NCBI RefSeq assembly: GCF_000400465.1
Contig: NW_008806298.1
Coordinates: 30,001 to 62,000 of the forward strand
Reading direction: 5' to 3'
Origin: Wallemia ichthyophaga EXF-994
Lineage: Eukaryota; Fungi; Basidiomycota
Length of the DNA stretch: 32,000 nt
How positions within the stretch are numbered: position 1 is the stretch's first letter; every line of letters begins with the position of its first letter. The translations under genes and the position numbers were made by a program. Positions 21,885-32,000 of this stretch are shown piece after piece. The notes below the pieces were generated by a model. It was not told the origin of the DNA, made no database searches, and saw nothing but the letters and a program-made list of their open reading frames with translations.

Positions 21885-22324
21885 TTACGTGTCTTGAGTC
21901 TTGTCTTGGATAAGTTGATGTCTGAATCAAGGAGTAAAGAGGAGAGAGAAGAGGGATTAAAGAACAGAGAGTTTTGCACGCATTCAGAATTCATCTCCCA
22001 CCGCCCCTCCACCGCTTGTGGAAATTGCAAAATTTCTTACAAACCTTCTACATCGGGAATCTGGACGTTAGAATATGGAAGATGTCGGATTTGAGGTATG
22101 GGAAGAATGTAGAGTGGCTATGAAAGGAAGCAGCGGTGGCAGAGTGATTTTTAAAGAGGGAAATTATGGGTATAAAATTTTGATGGGTATATGGAGTGCT
22201 TGGGATAGTGAGATTTATTGAGATAGAGTGGAATAAAGAGAGATAGAGAGAGGAATTATACTGAGAAATAGAAGATTAGGATTATGTAAACAACTTCCCT
22301 GACCCACCACCAACCACTCGAACA

Positions 22325-22762
22325 ATGAAGACATACGAATGCTTCGATGGGGCTATATCGTTTGAATCGCCGGTGGATTTGGTGAATGGGAGTTTATTCA
22401 GGCAGGTTCCAGATACGCAAGAATTATATTTGGAGAGAAACGGCGAAGGTAGTGTGATAGTGGAGGTGCTCGAGCTGGTTCACGAGGCCAAGACGCTGGA
22501 AGAGGCTGGAGAATACCACTTTAAATCTCTAGCCCACGATAACGAGACGGAGGAATACGAAATACAGAATATTACCGTCATTAGCGATTCCAGCTGCGTC
22601 GTCAAAGGCCTTCAAACGATAGAGAAGGCGGGAGTGATTGAGAATATCCCTATAAACCTCAATGTCCTCAGAATCGCAGGGAAATACGATCTGGTCACGC
22701 AATTTAACAAATTGGCGCACACGCCAATCCACGTCAACGACTACTCGCTCTTCTACTTGTAA
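22325..22762 (+). CDS. MOG1: Ran-binding / nucleotide-release factor Mog1 (short, 145 aa)
   Basis: Intronless. FDGAI, SLFRQVPDTQELY, SVIVEVLE, YHFKSLAHDN and C-terminal VNDYSLF are typical Mog1 motifs. Confidence 0.88.
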   Translation: MKTYECFDGAISFESPVDLVNGSLFRQVPDTQELYLERNGEGSVIVEVLELVHEAKTLEEAGEYHFKSLAHDNETEEYEIQNITVISDSSCVVKGLQTIEKAGVIENIPINLNVLRIAGKYDLVTQFNKLAHTPIHVNDYSLFYL

Positions 22763-22767
22763 GCGTC

Positions 22768-24376
22768 ATGAGCAATATTTTAAATTTGAATTCGGTTATC
22801 AAGAGACTAGAGTGTACGACTGGCAGGCTGGAGGATATTCTATTGGACAGCAGCTTGTTGAAGCAGGCTGGCAGCAGTGGCAGTGGTGCTGACACCGTGG
22901 CAGGTTCAGAGCCGGCACCAGCGACAGCAACAGCACCGCCAGCAGCCCCACACACTCCACCACCAGCCATCGCAGACTTCACCAACCTCCTCAACACCCA
23001 CCTCTCCCCTTTCACCGTTCTCTCTGCTGAAATTGGCGGCGAAATCCACAGCCAATCACAGAATCTCGAGTCTCTCCTGCAGAAGACTCTGTCCATCGTC
23101 CTCACACCTGCCAGCCGCTCGAAGCCTCCGACAAACTTGTCCACCTTCCAGAACTCGCTCTCGCCAATCATCACTCACGTCAACAAGATTGTCCAATTGA
23201 GTGACTCAGCACCCAAAGCTCTCCAGTTGCCCCTCAAGGCTGTCGCTGAAGGTGTCCCTGCCTTTGGCTGGTTTACTATCGCCCCCAAGCCAGCGCCATA
23301 CATCCAAGACTTCAAAGACGCGGCTCAATTCTACGCGAATCGCGTCATCAAGGAGTTTAAAGGTGGTGACGAGAGGATGGTGCAGTGGGTGAAGCTTTTT
23401 ATGGGGCTGTTGGAGGAACTCAGGGTGTATGTCCATAAGCACCACACCACTGGCCTCAGTTGGAACGAGAAGGATGGTGTGGCGTACGAGGAGTATGTCA
23501 GTGGTGAGGGGGGTGATAAAAGCTCTGATGCTACTCCTACTAACAATTCCACTCCTCCACCTGCTCCTGCTCCACCTGCTCCTGCCCCGCCTGCTCCTCC
23601 TGCTCCCACCTCAACCTCCACACACCCTCAGTCTCCCCAACAAGGCCCCGAAGCAGTCTTTGCGCAGCTCAACAAAGGCTCCGACATCACAAAAGGGTTG
23701 CGCAAGGTGGATACTGAGCAGATGACGCACAAGAATCCGTCGCTAAGAGATGCTGGCAGCACAGAAAGCACCCCCAAAAAGCAGCAACCGCCTATCGCTG
23801 CCAAGCCAAAGTCGCTCACACGTACCACCTCGAGCCACCCTCCTAAGACACAACTCGATGGCCAGAAATGGTTTATTGTGGGTAGTGTGTCTTTATCATG
23901 AAGAAATCCTTATTGATATATACTTTCAGGAAAACCACACTAACACACCTCATATACTCATCGACGACACCAAGCTGTCGCACACGGTGAATATCTTCAA
24001 CTGCAAAAATACAGTGGTGGAAGTGAAAGGTAAGGTGAATGCGTTGAATATGGTGGGATGCCACAGAACATCCGTTTTGCTTGACAACCTCGTCTCCTCA
24101 CTGAGTATCACCACTTCACCCAATTTCACAGTACAAATACTGGGCGTGGCGCCTACTGTTACTGTTGATGCTACTGATGTCGGTCAGATATATCTTAGTA
24201 AGGGGTGTATTGAGGCGGACACTGAGATTATTACCGCTAAAACCTCGTCTGTTAATGTTAGCTTGCCTGATAATCAAGAGGACGGCGAATTCGTCGAGAA
24301 ACCGATACCTGAGCAGCTCAAGACTGTTGTCCGTGATGGAAGGCTAGTCAGTAGCGTGGTGGAGCATAGTGGGTAA
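22768..24376 (+). CDS. SRV2: Adenylyl cyclase-associated protein CAP/Srv2
   Basis: Exons 22768-23877 and 23930-24376. N-terminal IKRLECTTGRLEDI (RLE repeat), VAEGVPAFGW, FYANRVIKEFK, polyproline P1, WH2-like ITKGLRKVDTEQMTHKNPSLR, C-CAP beta-helix, terminal VVEHSG. Confidence 0.96.
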
Positions 24377-24505
24377 TATATCCGACCGAATGAAATAAAT
24401 GAATCAAATATCCAAATATCCAAATCAAAACAGCCAATACGTATCATCTACTCAAAATCAAGTCATAAAATAAAACAAAACAGCCAATAAATATCCTTGA
24501 GTATG

Positions 24506-25342
24506 CTAGAAACCATCTCTTCTCTTCCTGCCTGTGTATTTGGAGTCAAGGGGGACGCCCTGTTTACCCTTCTGTCTCTGAAGGTGTTTCTTGTGGTTGA
24601 TATGGTCTTTAGCGGAGTGTTTGATGTTAGTGCGTGGGGGACGATGTGTGGATTGTGATTGCCTGCCGACATTGCTGACAGTGCCAGTTTCAGTCTTGGC
24701 GGCTGGCATCTGCACCTCCTTTCCACTAACACCTGCGAACAAACAGAGGTAGAACTTCTTCGCTTTTCTGCTATTAGGGTAGTCTACCACCAGTCCACCG
24801 CTAAAACCAGCCTTCTGAGCGAATCCCATAATAAATCCCACCTGGTCGTCTGACTCTGGGTAAAACTGGAAGACTGCCCTGCTGCCTCTAGAGAGAGCAG
24901 CATAGAGCGAGTTAAAGAAGCGCATTAAGCGGCTTCCTGGGTTCGCAGAGGTAGAGTCTGCGTTGCAAAGCCACTGAAGGACAGATATGGATATAGCGCC
25001 GTCGAAAGAGCCCGCACGAACGTGCACTCCGCTGCCTATATCGCTGAGCATCAGGTCGCCTTCGAGGTCCCTCTCTAGGGCTATAGATAGCATGCTCGGG
25101 GAGATATCACAGCCCAACCAATAATGGCCCTCCTCGTCGAGTATTTCCCCACTCAAACCACTGCCGCAGCCAATATCCAGTAGAAATTTAGGTGTTTGTC
25201 CGTCGTTATCCCCTAGCAGCTCTAACGCACGGTATGTCATCTCCGCTTGGATTTGCTGCACACGCGTATTAGACGTGTATTTTCCAGCCTCGCTGTCATT
25301 GTAGAATATCTCAGGCGGCGCTATGTGTTCAGGACGGGACAT
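24506..25342 (-). CDS. BUD23: 18S rRNA m7G methyltransferase Bud23/WBSCR22
   Basis: MSRPEHIAPPEIFYN, LLDIGCGSGLSG, FDGAISISVLQWLCNA, GFSGGLVVDYPNS, KYTGRKRR. Intronless. Confidence 0.96.
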   Translation of the reverse strand: MSRPEHIAPPEIFYNDSEAGKYTSNTRVQQIQAEMTYRALELLGDNDGQTPKFLLDIGCGSGLSGEILDEEGHYWLGCDISPSMLSIALERDLEGDLMLSDIGSGVHVRAGSFDGAISISVLQWLCNADSTSANPGSRLMRFFNSLYAALSRGSRAVFQFYPESDDQVGFIMGFAQKAGFSGGLVVDYPNSRKAKKFYLCLFAGVSGKEVQMPAAKTETGTVSNVGRQSQSTHRPPRTNIKHSAKDHINHKKHLQRQKGKQGVPLDSKYTGRKRRDGF

Positions 25343-25629
25343 GTTGCTTCAGCTGTTGGTGGTGGTTGATTACTCTTGCTATCGATGCTAATCACTCGTG
25401 GTGCTGCTGTTGCCGGGATTGTAAAGTTGATTGGTATTCTACTCGGCTTTTTTATACTCTTGCGTGAGTTGCGGAAGCCGGAAGATTTTCACGGAAAGAG
25501 AAGTCAGTAAGAGAGTAAAGGTAGTATGACACACGCTGCGCACTCTGTATAATCTACAGACCACACACCGCCACACTCCCGCACTCCCCCGAATATCGCC
25601 GCTTCTCCCGCCATCTCCCACCGCCAAAA

Positions 25630-25671
25630 ATGGATACGCACCCAACTCAAAACGGTCATCAGCTAATTTAA
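25630..25671 (+). other. Candidate uORF (13 codons, MDTHPTQNGHQLI*) whose TAA abuts the IDH1 ATG
   Basis: AAAAATGG start context; in frame with IDH1; junction TAA|ATG. Whether it lies inside the transcript is unknown. Confidence 0.35.
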
Positions 25672-26817
25672 ATGTTACGCAACGCCGCTTCCCAGACAAG
25701 CAGAGTGGGTTGCGCGTAGATTACAGACGACGTCCATCTCATACGACTCCAGCTCGCCCGTGGATACGCCAGCACTGCTACGACCACCGCCCGCGAACCT
25801 AGCAGATTCGGTGGTATTTACAATGTTACGCTGATCCCTGGTGATGGTGTAGGCAGGGAGTTAACCCAGTCTGTCAAGGAAGTCTTCGAGTCTCTCAACG
25901 CACCCGTCCAGTGGTCTGAGTACGATGTTAGCGGGGAGACCAACGCGAGTGAGCCACAGTTCCTCGAAGCCGTTGAATCGATCAAGCGCAACAAAGTCGG
26001 TCTCAAAGGTATTCTCTACACTCCTCTCGAGGCCAACGCGCACAACAGCTGGAACGTAGCTATGCGCCAATCCCTTGACATTTACGCTTCCGTCGTTCAC
26101 TGCAAATCCCTCCCAGGTTTCCCTACTCGTCACGCTGACGTCGATTTCGCAATCATTCGCGAGAATACTGAGGGAGAGTACTCCGGTCTCGAGCACCAGT
26201 CGTACCCAGGCGTTGTAGAGTCTCTTAAGGTCAGCACTGTCGCCAAAGCAGAGCGCATCGCTCGCTTTGCCTTTGACTTTGCTATCAAGAACGGCAGAAA
26301 GAGAGTGACAGCAGTGCACAAAGCCAACATCATGAAATTGGGTGACGGTCTGTTCCTCAACACTTGCAGACGCGTAGCGAAGGAGTACGAGGGTTCTGGT
26401 GTCACTTTCAACGACATGATCGTAGATAACACTGCGATGCAACTCGTCGCTAAACCTCAGCAATTCGATGTTATGGTCATGCCTAATCTTTATGGTAACA
26501 TCGTGTCCAATATCGGCGCTGCGTTGGTCGGTGGACCAGGTATCGTGCCGGGTGTTAACATTGGCGCTGATTACGCTCTCTTCGAACCTGGTTGTAGACA
26601 CGTCGGAATGGATATCATGAACACTAACAAGGCTAACCCTGCCGCTATGCTCTTCTCAGCTGCTATGATGCTCAGACACCTTGGTGTGTCTAACCACGCT
26701 GATAAAATTGCTGGCTCCGTTTATCAAGTCGTCCGCGATGGTAAGGTTAGAACAGCCGATATGGGAGGTAACTCCAACACGACGGATTTCACCCACGCCG
26801 TTATCAAGAACCTTTAA
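25672..26817 (+). CDS. IDH1: Mitochondrial NAD-dependent isocitrate dehydrogenase subunit 1 (regulatory)
   Basis: Exons 25672-25704 and 25753-26817. Presequence-like MLRNAASQTSRLARGYAS, FGGIYNVTLIPGDGVG, IIRENTEGEYSGLEHQSYPGVVESLK, KANIMKLGDGLF, MPNLYGNI, FEPGCRHVG. Confidence 0.95.
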
Positions 26818-26962
26818 AGGAGTAGAAATTTATAGAAGTCAGTTCACTTAACACACTCAGTACACACAACACACACCCTACACACAAAACTTAATGTAAT
26901 TATTTCAATTCCAATTCAATTCACTTTCTTGCGTTATTTTTGCATTCTTCTCGTGAGAATTC

Positions 26963-28004
26963 TCACTTGTTAGCCCTGCGTCTGCGAGTGTTTCTCAGCT
27001 TTTCTGACGCTTTGAGAGGTTTCTGTGGGGGTTTGGGGATGTCGTTGTGTACTTGATGACCCTTTTCATCAATCTCATCACTCTCATCACCCTCCTCGCC
27101 AAGCACCGGCTCAGTAGCCACATGAAGGGCGTCTCCAGAGGTGTTACAAAGGCGCATAATGGGTGCTGCGATGGCCAGAGTGAGCGTTACAGGCCAGAGG
27201 CTGTACAGAGAAGGCTTCTGAACATCTTCTTCGGTTATGAGGTGGGTGCTGCCGTCCCTATCGAGCTGTGATTGTGTGTGAGTTTGCATAATAGGAGAAA
27301 GTATCCATCCACCCACAATAGACACCTCCTCTCCATCCACCACACAATCGATGAATATATCGCCATCGTCACGCAGAGGTACGCGACATCTGCGCTTGCC
27401 TGAAGAGAGAGCAATATTGCGCACACGCGCAATCCTTTTGACGTCTTTAGTCGCGTTCATGCGTTGCACCGTGGCTTGCAAGAGTGCGGTGAGAAGGGCG
27501 AGGAAGGTGATAGCCGTGAAAAGACCAGGTCTGAAGCGAGCGAACAGGTAAGCGCCGCCTGTATAGATTTGTTAGAAAGATCACTGGAAAAGTGACACAC
27601 ACACCCTTCCAATATGGTACACCACGCTTCAGCCAGAAATCATACCTCTTGCGTGCTTCCTTGTTGCGCAGTATGCTGCCAATAGTAGTGAGACGCGTGT
27701 GTCGCTCTGCTATAGCCTTGTTGCCGGGATTCTTGTCGGGGTGGTTGGCGAGCATGGTGGAACGGTACGCTTTTGTTATCTCGGATGTGCTGGCTGAGGG
27801 TGATACATTGAGAAACGAGTAAAATGTAACCCCTTTGCCTGTATCGTTCGCGTGAGCTGGCCGGATTCATTAAACGGCATCGTCCAACCCACCTTCTCCC
27901 CGCTCGAGCTCAGCCACTATGTCAAATATCTCATAATCTTCTTTGTCCCATGCTAATACTGCTGCGAGGAGCGCACAGAGGAATACTAGCCATGTCAGCC
28001 TCAT
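26963..28004 (-). CDS. ERJ5: ER membrane J-domain co-chaperone, Erj5-like
   Basis: Exons 28004-27893, 27838-27605, 27558-27317, 27265-26963. Signal peptide MRLTWLVFLCALLAAVLA, WDKEDYEIFD, J-domain with HPDKNP, RYDFWLKRGVPYWKG, TM segment LFTAITFLALLTALLQ, basic C-terminus. Confidence 0.85.
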
Positions 28005-28165
28005 TGGGTGTTGGGTGTGCGTGGACAAGAGAGAGAAAGAAGACCATCAAAGTGTGGTATATTAGAGCTGTTTGTGATATGTGTTATTTTCTATGAAAAG
28101 ATATTTATTCATTTCTATTGTTCCTGACGCGACTGAAGGACACTGACAACACTGAGCTTTGTTTA

Positions 28166-29044
28166 TCACATTCGCTCCGAATCTGTGACTGTATCTGTGG
28201 CTTTTGCAGCTTTTTCATTGGCTTCCTCTTTGGCTTCCTTTGTGACCGTGTCACATTCTTTGCCCACCTCAGACTCCCCCTCTACCGCCGTATCCAGCTT
28301 ACGCTGCGGGATTACACTAAAGAAGGCCTTCTGCCAGTCATTCTGCTTAATATACTCTGTTAGAATCTCATACACCTGGTTTACTGTAAGCACACGTCTG
28401 GTTGAGAGACGTATGTACTTTGAGATTGGCAGCGCAGCCACAGCCATTCCCAGACTCTTTGCCTTATCAACTGTGATGTTCTTGAGTCTATTGTGATCAA
28501 CCATAGCGCCGAGAATGTAATGCTTGGAGGTGTCCAGTTCATCGAGCACGTTGTCTGTATCCGCTGTAAGATAAACGCAGTCACTGGGCTTATAAACCTC
28601 CTCCACGGCGCTATCTGTAAACGTTATTTTATCATCATCCCAGCCAGACTTGAGTGGATCGAGGCGCTGCTTTAGTCTGCCATTGTAAGATGTTACTTGG
28701 AGGTGTGTGGGTGATACTGTGTGCTTGTTGTGCGCGTAACACGTCGTGAGCTGATTAGACAGGCTAACAACCTCACGCTCCCCTTGTAGCTCATCAAACG
28801 CGCAATCTAACACCACGCTAACATTTGAGTGCTTTAATTGCGCTTTACTTGGGGCTTTTCTATTCGCCTGCTTCTTCTTGAGCTGCTGGAGATACTCTAC
28901 GTCATTCTCCTCCCGAGCTTTCGCGATACGCTGCTTCTTGCGCTCTCTATCCTGGGCTCTACGTAGTGGCTTCTGCTCCGATATGCGCTGCTGCTTCGCT
29001 TGCTTTTTTCGCTGCGATTTCGATATTTGCTCTCCTTCAATCAT
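28166..29044 (-). CDS. TRM10: tRNA m1G9 methyltransferase Trm10 (SPOUT)
   Basis: SKSQRKKQ, VVLDCAFDELQ, SLSNQL, VYLTADTDNVL, YILGAMVDHNR, LPISKYI, RVLTVNQVYEIL, WQKAFFSVIPQRK. The true ATG is at 29044; the ORF-track start is GTG. Confidence 0.94.
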   Translation of the reverse strand: MIEGEQISKSQRKKQAKQQRISEQKPLRRAQDRERKKQRIAKAREENDVEYLQQLKKKQANRKAPSKAQLKHSNVSVVLDCAFDELQGEREVVSLSNQLTTCYAHNKHTVSPTHLQVTSYNGRLKQRLDPLKSGWDDDKITFTDSAVEEVYKPSDCVYLTADTDNVLDELDTSKHYILGAMVDHNRLKNITVDKAKSLGMAVAALPISKYIRLSTRRVLTVNQVYEILTEYIKQNDWQKAFFSVIPQRKLDTAVEGESEVGKECDTVTKEAKEEANEKAAKATDTVTDSERM

Positions 29045-29064
29045 CACAGCGAGGAAGCGAGGAG

Positions 29065-32000
29065 ATGAGAGAAGATGTGGAGATGGGCTCGTCGAGCTCG
29101 CAGAAATCTTTCTTTAGCAGATTTATCTCCCCTAATCGTCTCGGCAGGCAGCCGTCGCATGCGCAGATCCCCTCATCGCCGTCATCCCACTCGCCGCCAA
29201 TCAACATGAGCGAGGCGATCGATCTATTTGTTCAAGAGCCTTCATCGAGTCTGCTGTGGTCGCTGGTCAGTGCTTTAGATCCACAGGGCATGGATTACGC
29301 TCTCAGCAAATCAAATTTCAACTCAATCATCTCAATTAAGCAGTTGCTAATCAGCGATACAACTCCAACGAATATCAGAATTCCTGGTTTTCATCTCCTA
29401 GCCACTGCTCTACTTAAACACGACCCAGAGCCTAATATTCGTGTCAGCCTCTTTGTCGACATCGTCAGCTTCCCCTTACCTAACATGGACATTCCAGAGC
29501 TCGCTGCGAGACTTAATGCCCTCTACAACCTCACTAAATTTGGTAAAGAAGGCGGCCTGTACCCTTCCTTCTCCCATATTCTCCGCAGGTGGCTTCGCAA
29601 ATCATGCCAAGCTTTATCACTCGACAGAGCCCAGTACCAGTCAATTCACACCAAATTCAACTCCATCGACAACGCAACCCTCATCCAGCGCGTTCATATA
29701 CGCTTAATCACTCTCATTGAGGGCTACATCAAGTCAAATATCTCCCAAATCCGCTCGTCGAACCTCACCAAACTCGTTCTTGGCTCGCTCAACACTATCA
29801 ACCCAATGAACCCAAACCCCGTTGAGACTCCCTGCGTTTTGCGCCTCCTCCAGTCTGTCCTTTCGTATGCCTATGTACCCAACAGTACCGTCGAGAGGGT
29901 CGTTTTCGCCCTATGCGCTGTTATCGGCTCACAGGCTCAGTCGCTACCATACCACAACAGCGAAGAAACGTGGGATGAGGCTGGTTGGTCTGTTTTGAGG
30001 AATTTGCTGCGTAGTCAGTGTGCCAATATTGCTGCCAAGGCTGTTCGCGATATTCCAAGATCCCAACCCTATCCTCCAATACAGGCTCATTTAGGCGCCC
30101 TCAAAGCTATCAGATTCTGCCTCCAGAAGGCTAAAGAGAAGGCTCACGATAAACAAGTCCGCACTGAATCTGGCGCTCCCAAATCTGCTCCTTCTTTTAC
30201 AGGCGAAGAAGACTCTGTTAATGTCTTCACCCCTGTATTCGTTTATCCTGTTTATCAAGCTGCCCTTAAACGCAACTCGCCGCTTATCGATCAGGAGATC
30301 TGGAAGTTCGCAAAAGATTGGCTCGACCATCTCGACCAGTTTGAGATTGATGAGACAGTTGAGAATATGGAGAATAGTACAGGCTCGTTGCAGAAATTGT
30401 CTCAGGATTCGTCTGAAGAGGAGATTGCAATGGGAAGACAACTACTAGTGTCTTTATTGGAGGCTGGTGGAGATCGTGTGCATAAGTTTAGGTGAGACTG
30501 CAGATTTTACTCTACAAATTCCCCTCACACACCCCTCAGATACCCAGATCAAAGTATATTCAAGCTCTATCCGCCCCATCCCTCACCGCAATCGCTCAAT
30601 GCACACGACTTTTCTGTCCCCCCACAACTCACACTCTACGCTACAATACTATCAAGGATTCAATACATTGCATTCAAAAAACGTCAAATGCCTCACGGTT
30701 TAGCATCGTTATTACTTGATCTATCATCACATCTCGATCCATCATCTGCACTATCGTTGATCGATTATCAGAAGGCGGCAGGTCGTTGCGATCCATCAGA
30801 CGAGAGATGGCTGCACCATCTGTTCGATCTCGTACAGAGATTCTACCTACCCATCCCATCATCTACAAGCTCGATCGTATCTCCTCATCAACCTTTACCT
30901 GCAAGTGCCACTGTCCGTCAAGCTGTCGCGCATCTTCTGTTTGGAGTCACGTTCGAGTTGCTCAGAGATGTTGAGCGTTTCAGAGGACCTTTTTTGGAAA
31001 GATTGGCTGTGCCTCTTTTGGAGCAGACTATGGCATTCGAAACGGACACTGAAGTTGAGAGCATGGCTTGGGACTTTTTGTGTACGGTCGCTGTCATCGA
31101 GGCTGTCGAAGAGGATGAAGAGGAGAAGGAAAAGCGCGATGGCGAGGAGGATGGCAGGAGTGAGAGGAGCGAGAGGAGTGAGAGGGGTGAGGCTGACAGT
31201 GGTAATGAAACAGAAAAAAATGCCGAGAGCCAGAGCAGTGAAAGCAGTGATATATATCCACCTGTAATTGGTCATGTGGCACTCCTACCTGTCGATTTCT
31301 CCAGAATCAGCACACTACTCCGCTCGCTCGCGACTCTACCAGAGAGTGAGCCAGTAGGGGGTATTCGCAACTTACCTCAAAGCAAATCGCATCGCAGTTC
31401 AATCTCATCGCAATCAACCGTGCTGACAATCTCACCAGGCGAGATTCGGCTACCGACGGATGCGCCACGTACTATGATGAGCTTGGTGAGTGCACCAGCA
31501 GTACCGTCCTCCAACACGACATCACCGCATCGTCGCGCATCCGTCATGCACTCCACTTCGAGAGAAAGGAGCACGGTGAGGGAGCGCAATTCGATATCCT
31601 CCTCAGCAAGAGACATGTCAACTGGTCGACAAACGCAACCAACTAGCGCATCTGCATCTACATCATCATCACCTAAATCTGGACATGCTCAACTATCTGC
31701 AACATCTCCAATACGTGGTGTCGGAGCTGGAGGCGAGGAGCACCACTTTATCTTTCCTCCAACTCAATACCTCTCAACCAATCAAATTCGTTCTAAGGCT
31801 GTTGGTGCGGTTATCACCCTCATTCACATATTCGACAAACTCGCCTTTTCGCCACCACACTCACTCACTACTAATAAACTAGCGCGAGCACCCGCATCGA
31901 GACGGTGCATATTGATAATTAGGGAGCTGCTCAACTTACTCACACCACCAACCGAGGAGAGTTTAGATGGTGTTACGAAAGTCGTACCTAAGCTGAACGA
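29065..32000 (+). CDS. TSC2: Tuberin/TSC2-like protein, N-terminal part (runs off the window)
   Basis: Exon to 30491, intron 30492-30539, then an open frame to 32000. LNALYNLTKFGK, LLQSVLSYAYVP..VFALCAVIG, WSVLRNLLRSQ and AVITLIHIFDKLAF..PASRRCI resemble fungal tuberin N-terminal regions. The GAP domain is not in the window. Start could be 29065, 29083 or 29206. Confidence 0.72.
31156..31191 (+). repeat. Coding 9-mer tandem repeat (AGGAGTGAG)-like x4, encoding RSE-RSE-RSE-RGE
   Basis: Read directly; lies in an acidic low-complexity insert of TSC2. Confidence 0.8.

Noticed and set aside
21246-22094. 282-aa plus-strand ORF opposite the orphan gene
   Set aside because: Repeat-derived, low-complexity antisense frame; the minus ORF is longer and has an ATG start.
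22325-24376. MOG1-CAP fusion protein by stop-codon read-through
   Set aside because: The two CDSs are in different reading frames, so simple read-through cannot fuse them.
25861-26601. 246-aa minus-strand ORF opposite IDH1
   Set aside because: Antisense shadow expected from biased codon usage in a highly expressed gene.
1-32000. Transposons, CRISPR arrays, tRNA/rRNA genes, secondary-metabolite clusters
   Set aside because: No transposase/RT motifs, terminal repeats, spaced direct repeats, cloverleaf or rRNA-like sequence were recognised. All tandem repeats found are short microsatellites, almost all coding.

Overview
Eukaryotic, very gene-dense fungal genomic DNA. I read 18 protein-coding genes with about 40 short GT-AG introns (43-62 nt) and intergenic gaps mostly of 5-450 bp. 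The compactness, intron style and protein sequences suggest a basidiomycete, plausibly Wallemia-like (inference, no database check). Gene order: free-standing DUF2156 aminoacyl-tRNA transferase (partial), VTS1, PMI40, GUT1, TIF34, Dabb barrel protein, CK2 alpha, Chp1-like chromodomain protein, PRP45/SNW1, TCP1, orphan ORF, MOG1, SRV2/CAP, BUD23, IDH1, ERJ5-like DnaJ, TRM10, TSC2 (partial). I recognised no mobile elements, rRNA/tRNA genes or CRISPR arrays. The most notable signals: (1) an ErgS/ErdS-type tRNA-dependent sterol aminoacyl-transferase domain with no upstream synthetase; (2) MOG1 and SRV2 only 5 nt apart on the same strand; (3) a TCP1 start codon apparently split by an intron, with the unspliced RNA reading ATG-TGA; (4) GTGGGT as the commonest splice donor, plus microexons inside catalytic motifs; (5) Ser at the CK2 gatekeeper position. 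Exon boundaries were deduced by hand from splice signals and motif continuity and need RNA-seq confirmation.
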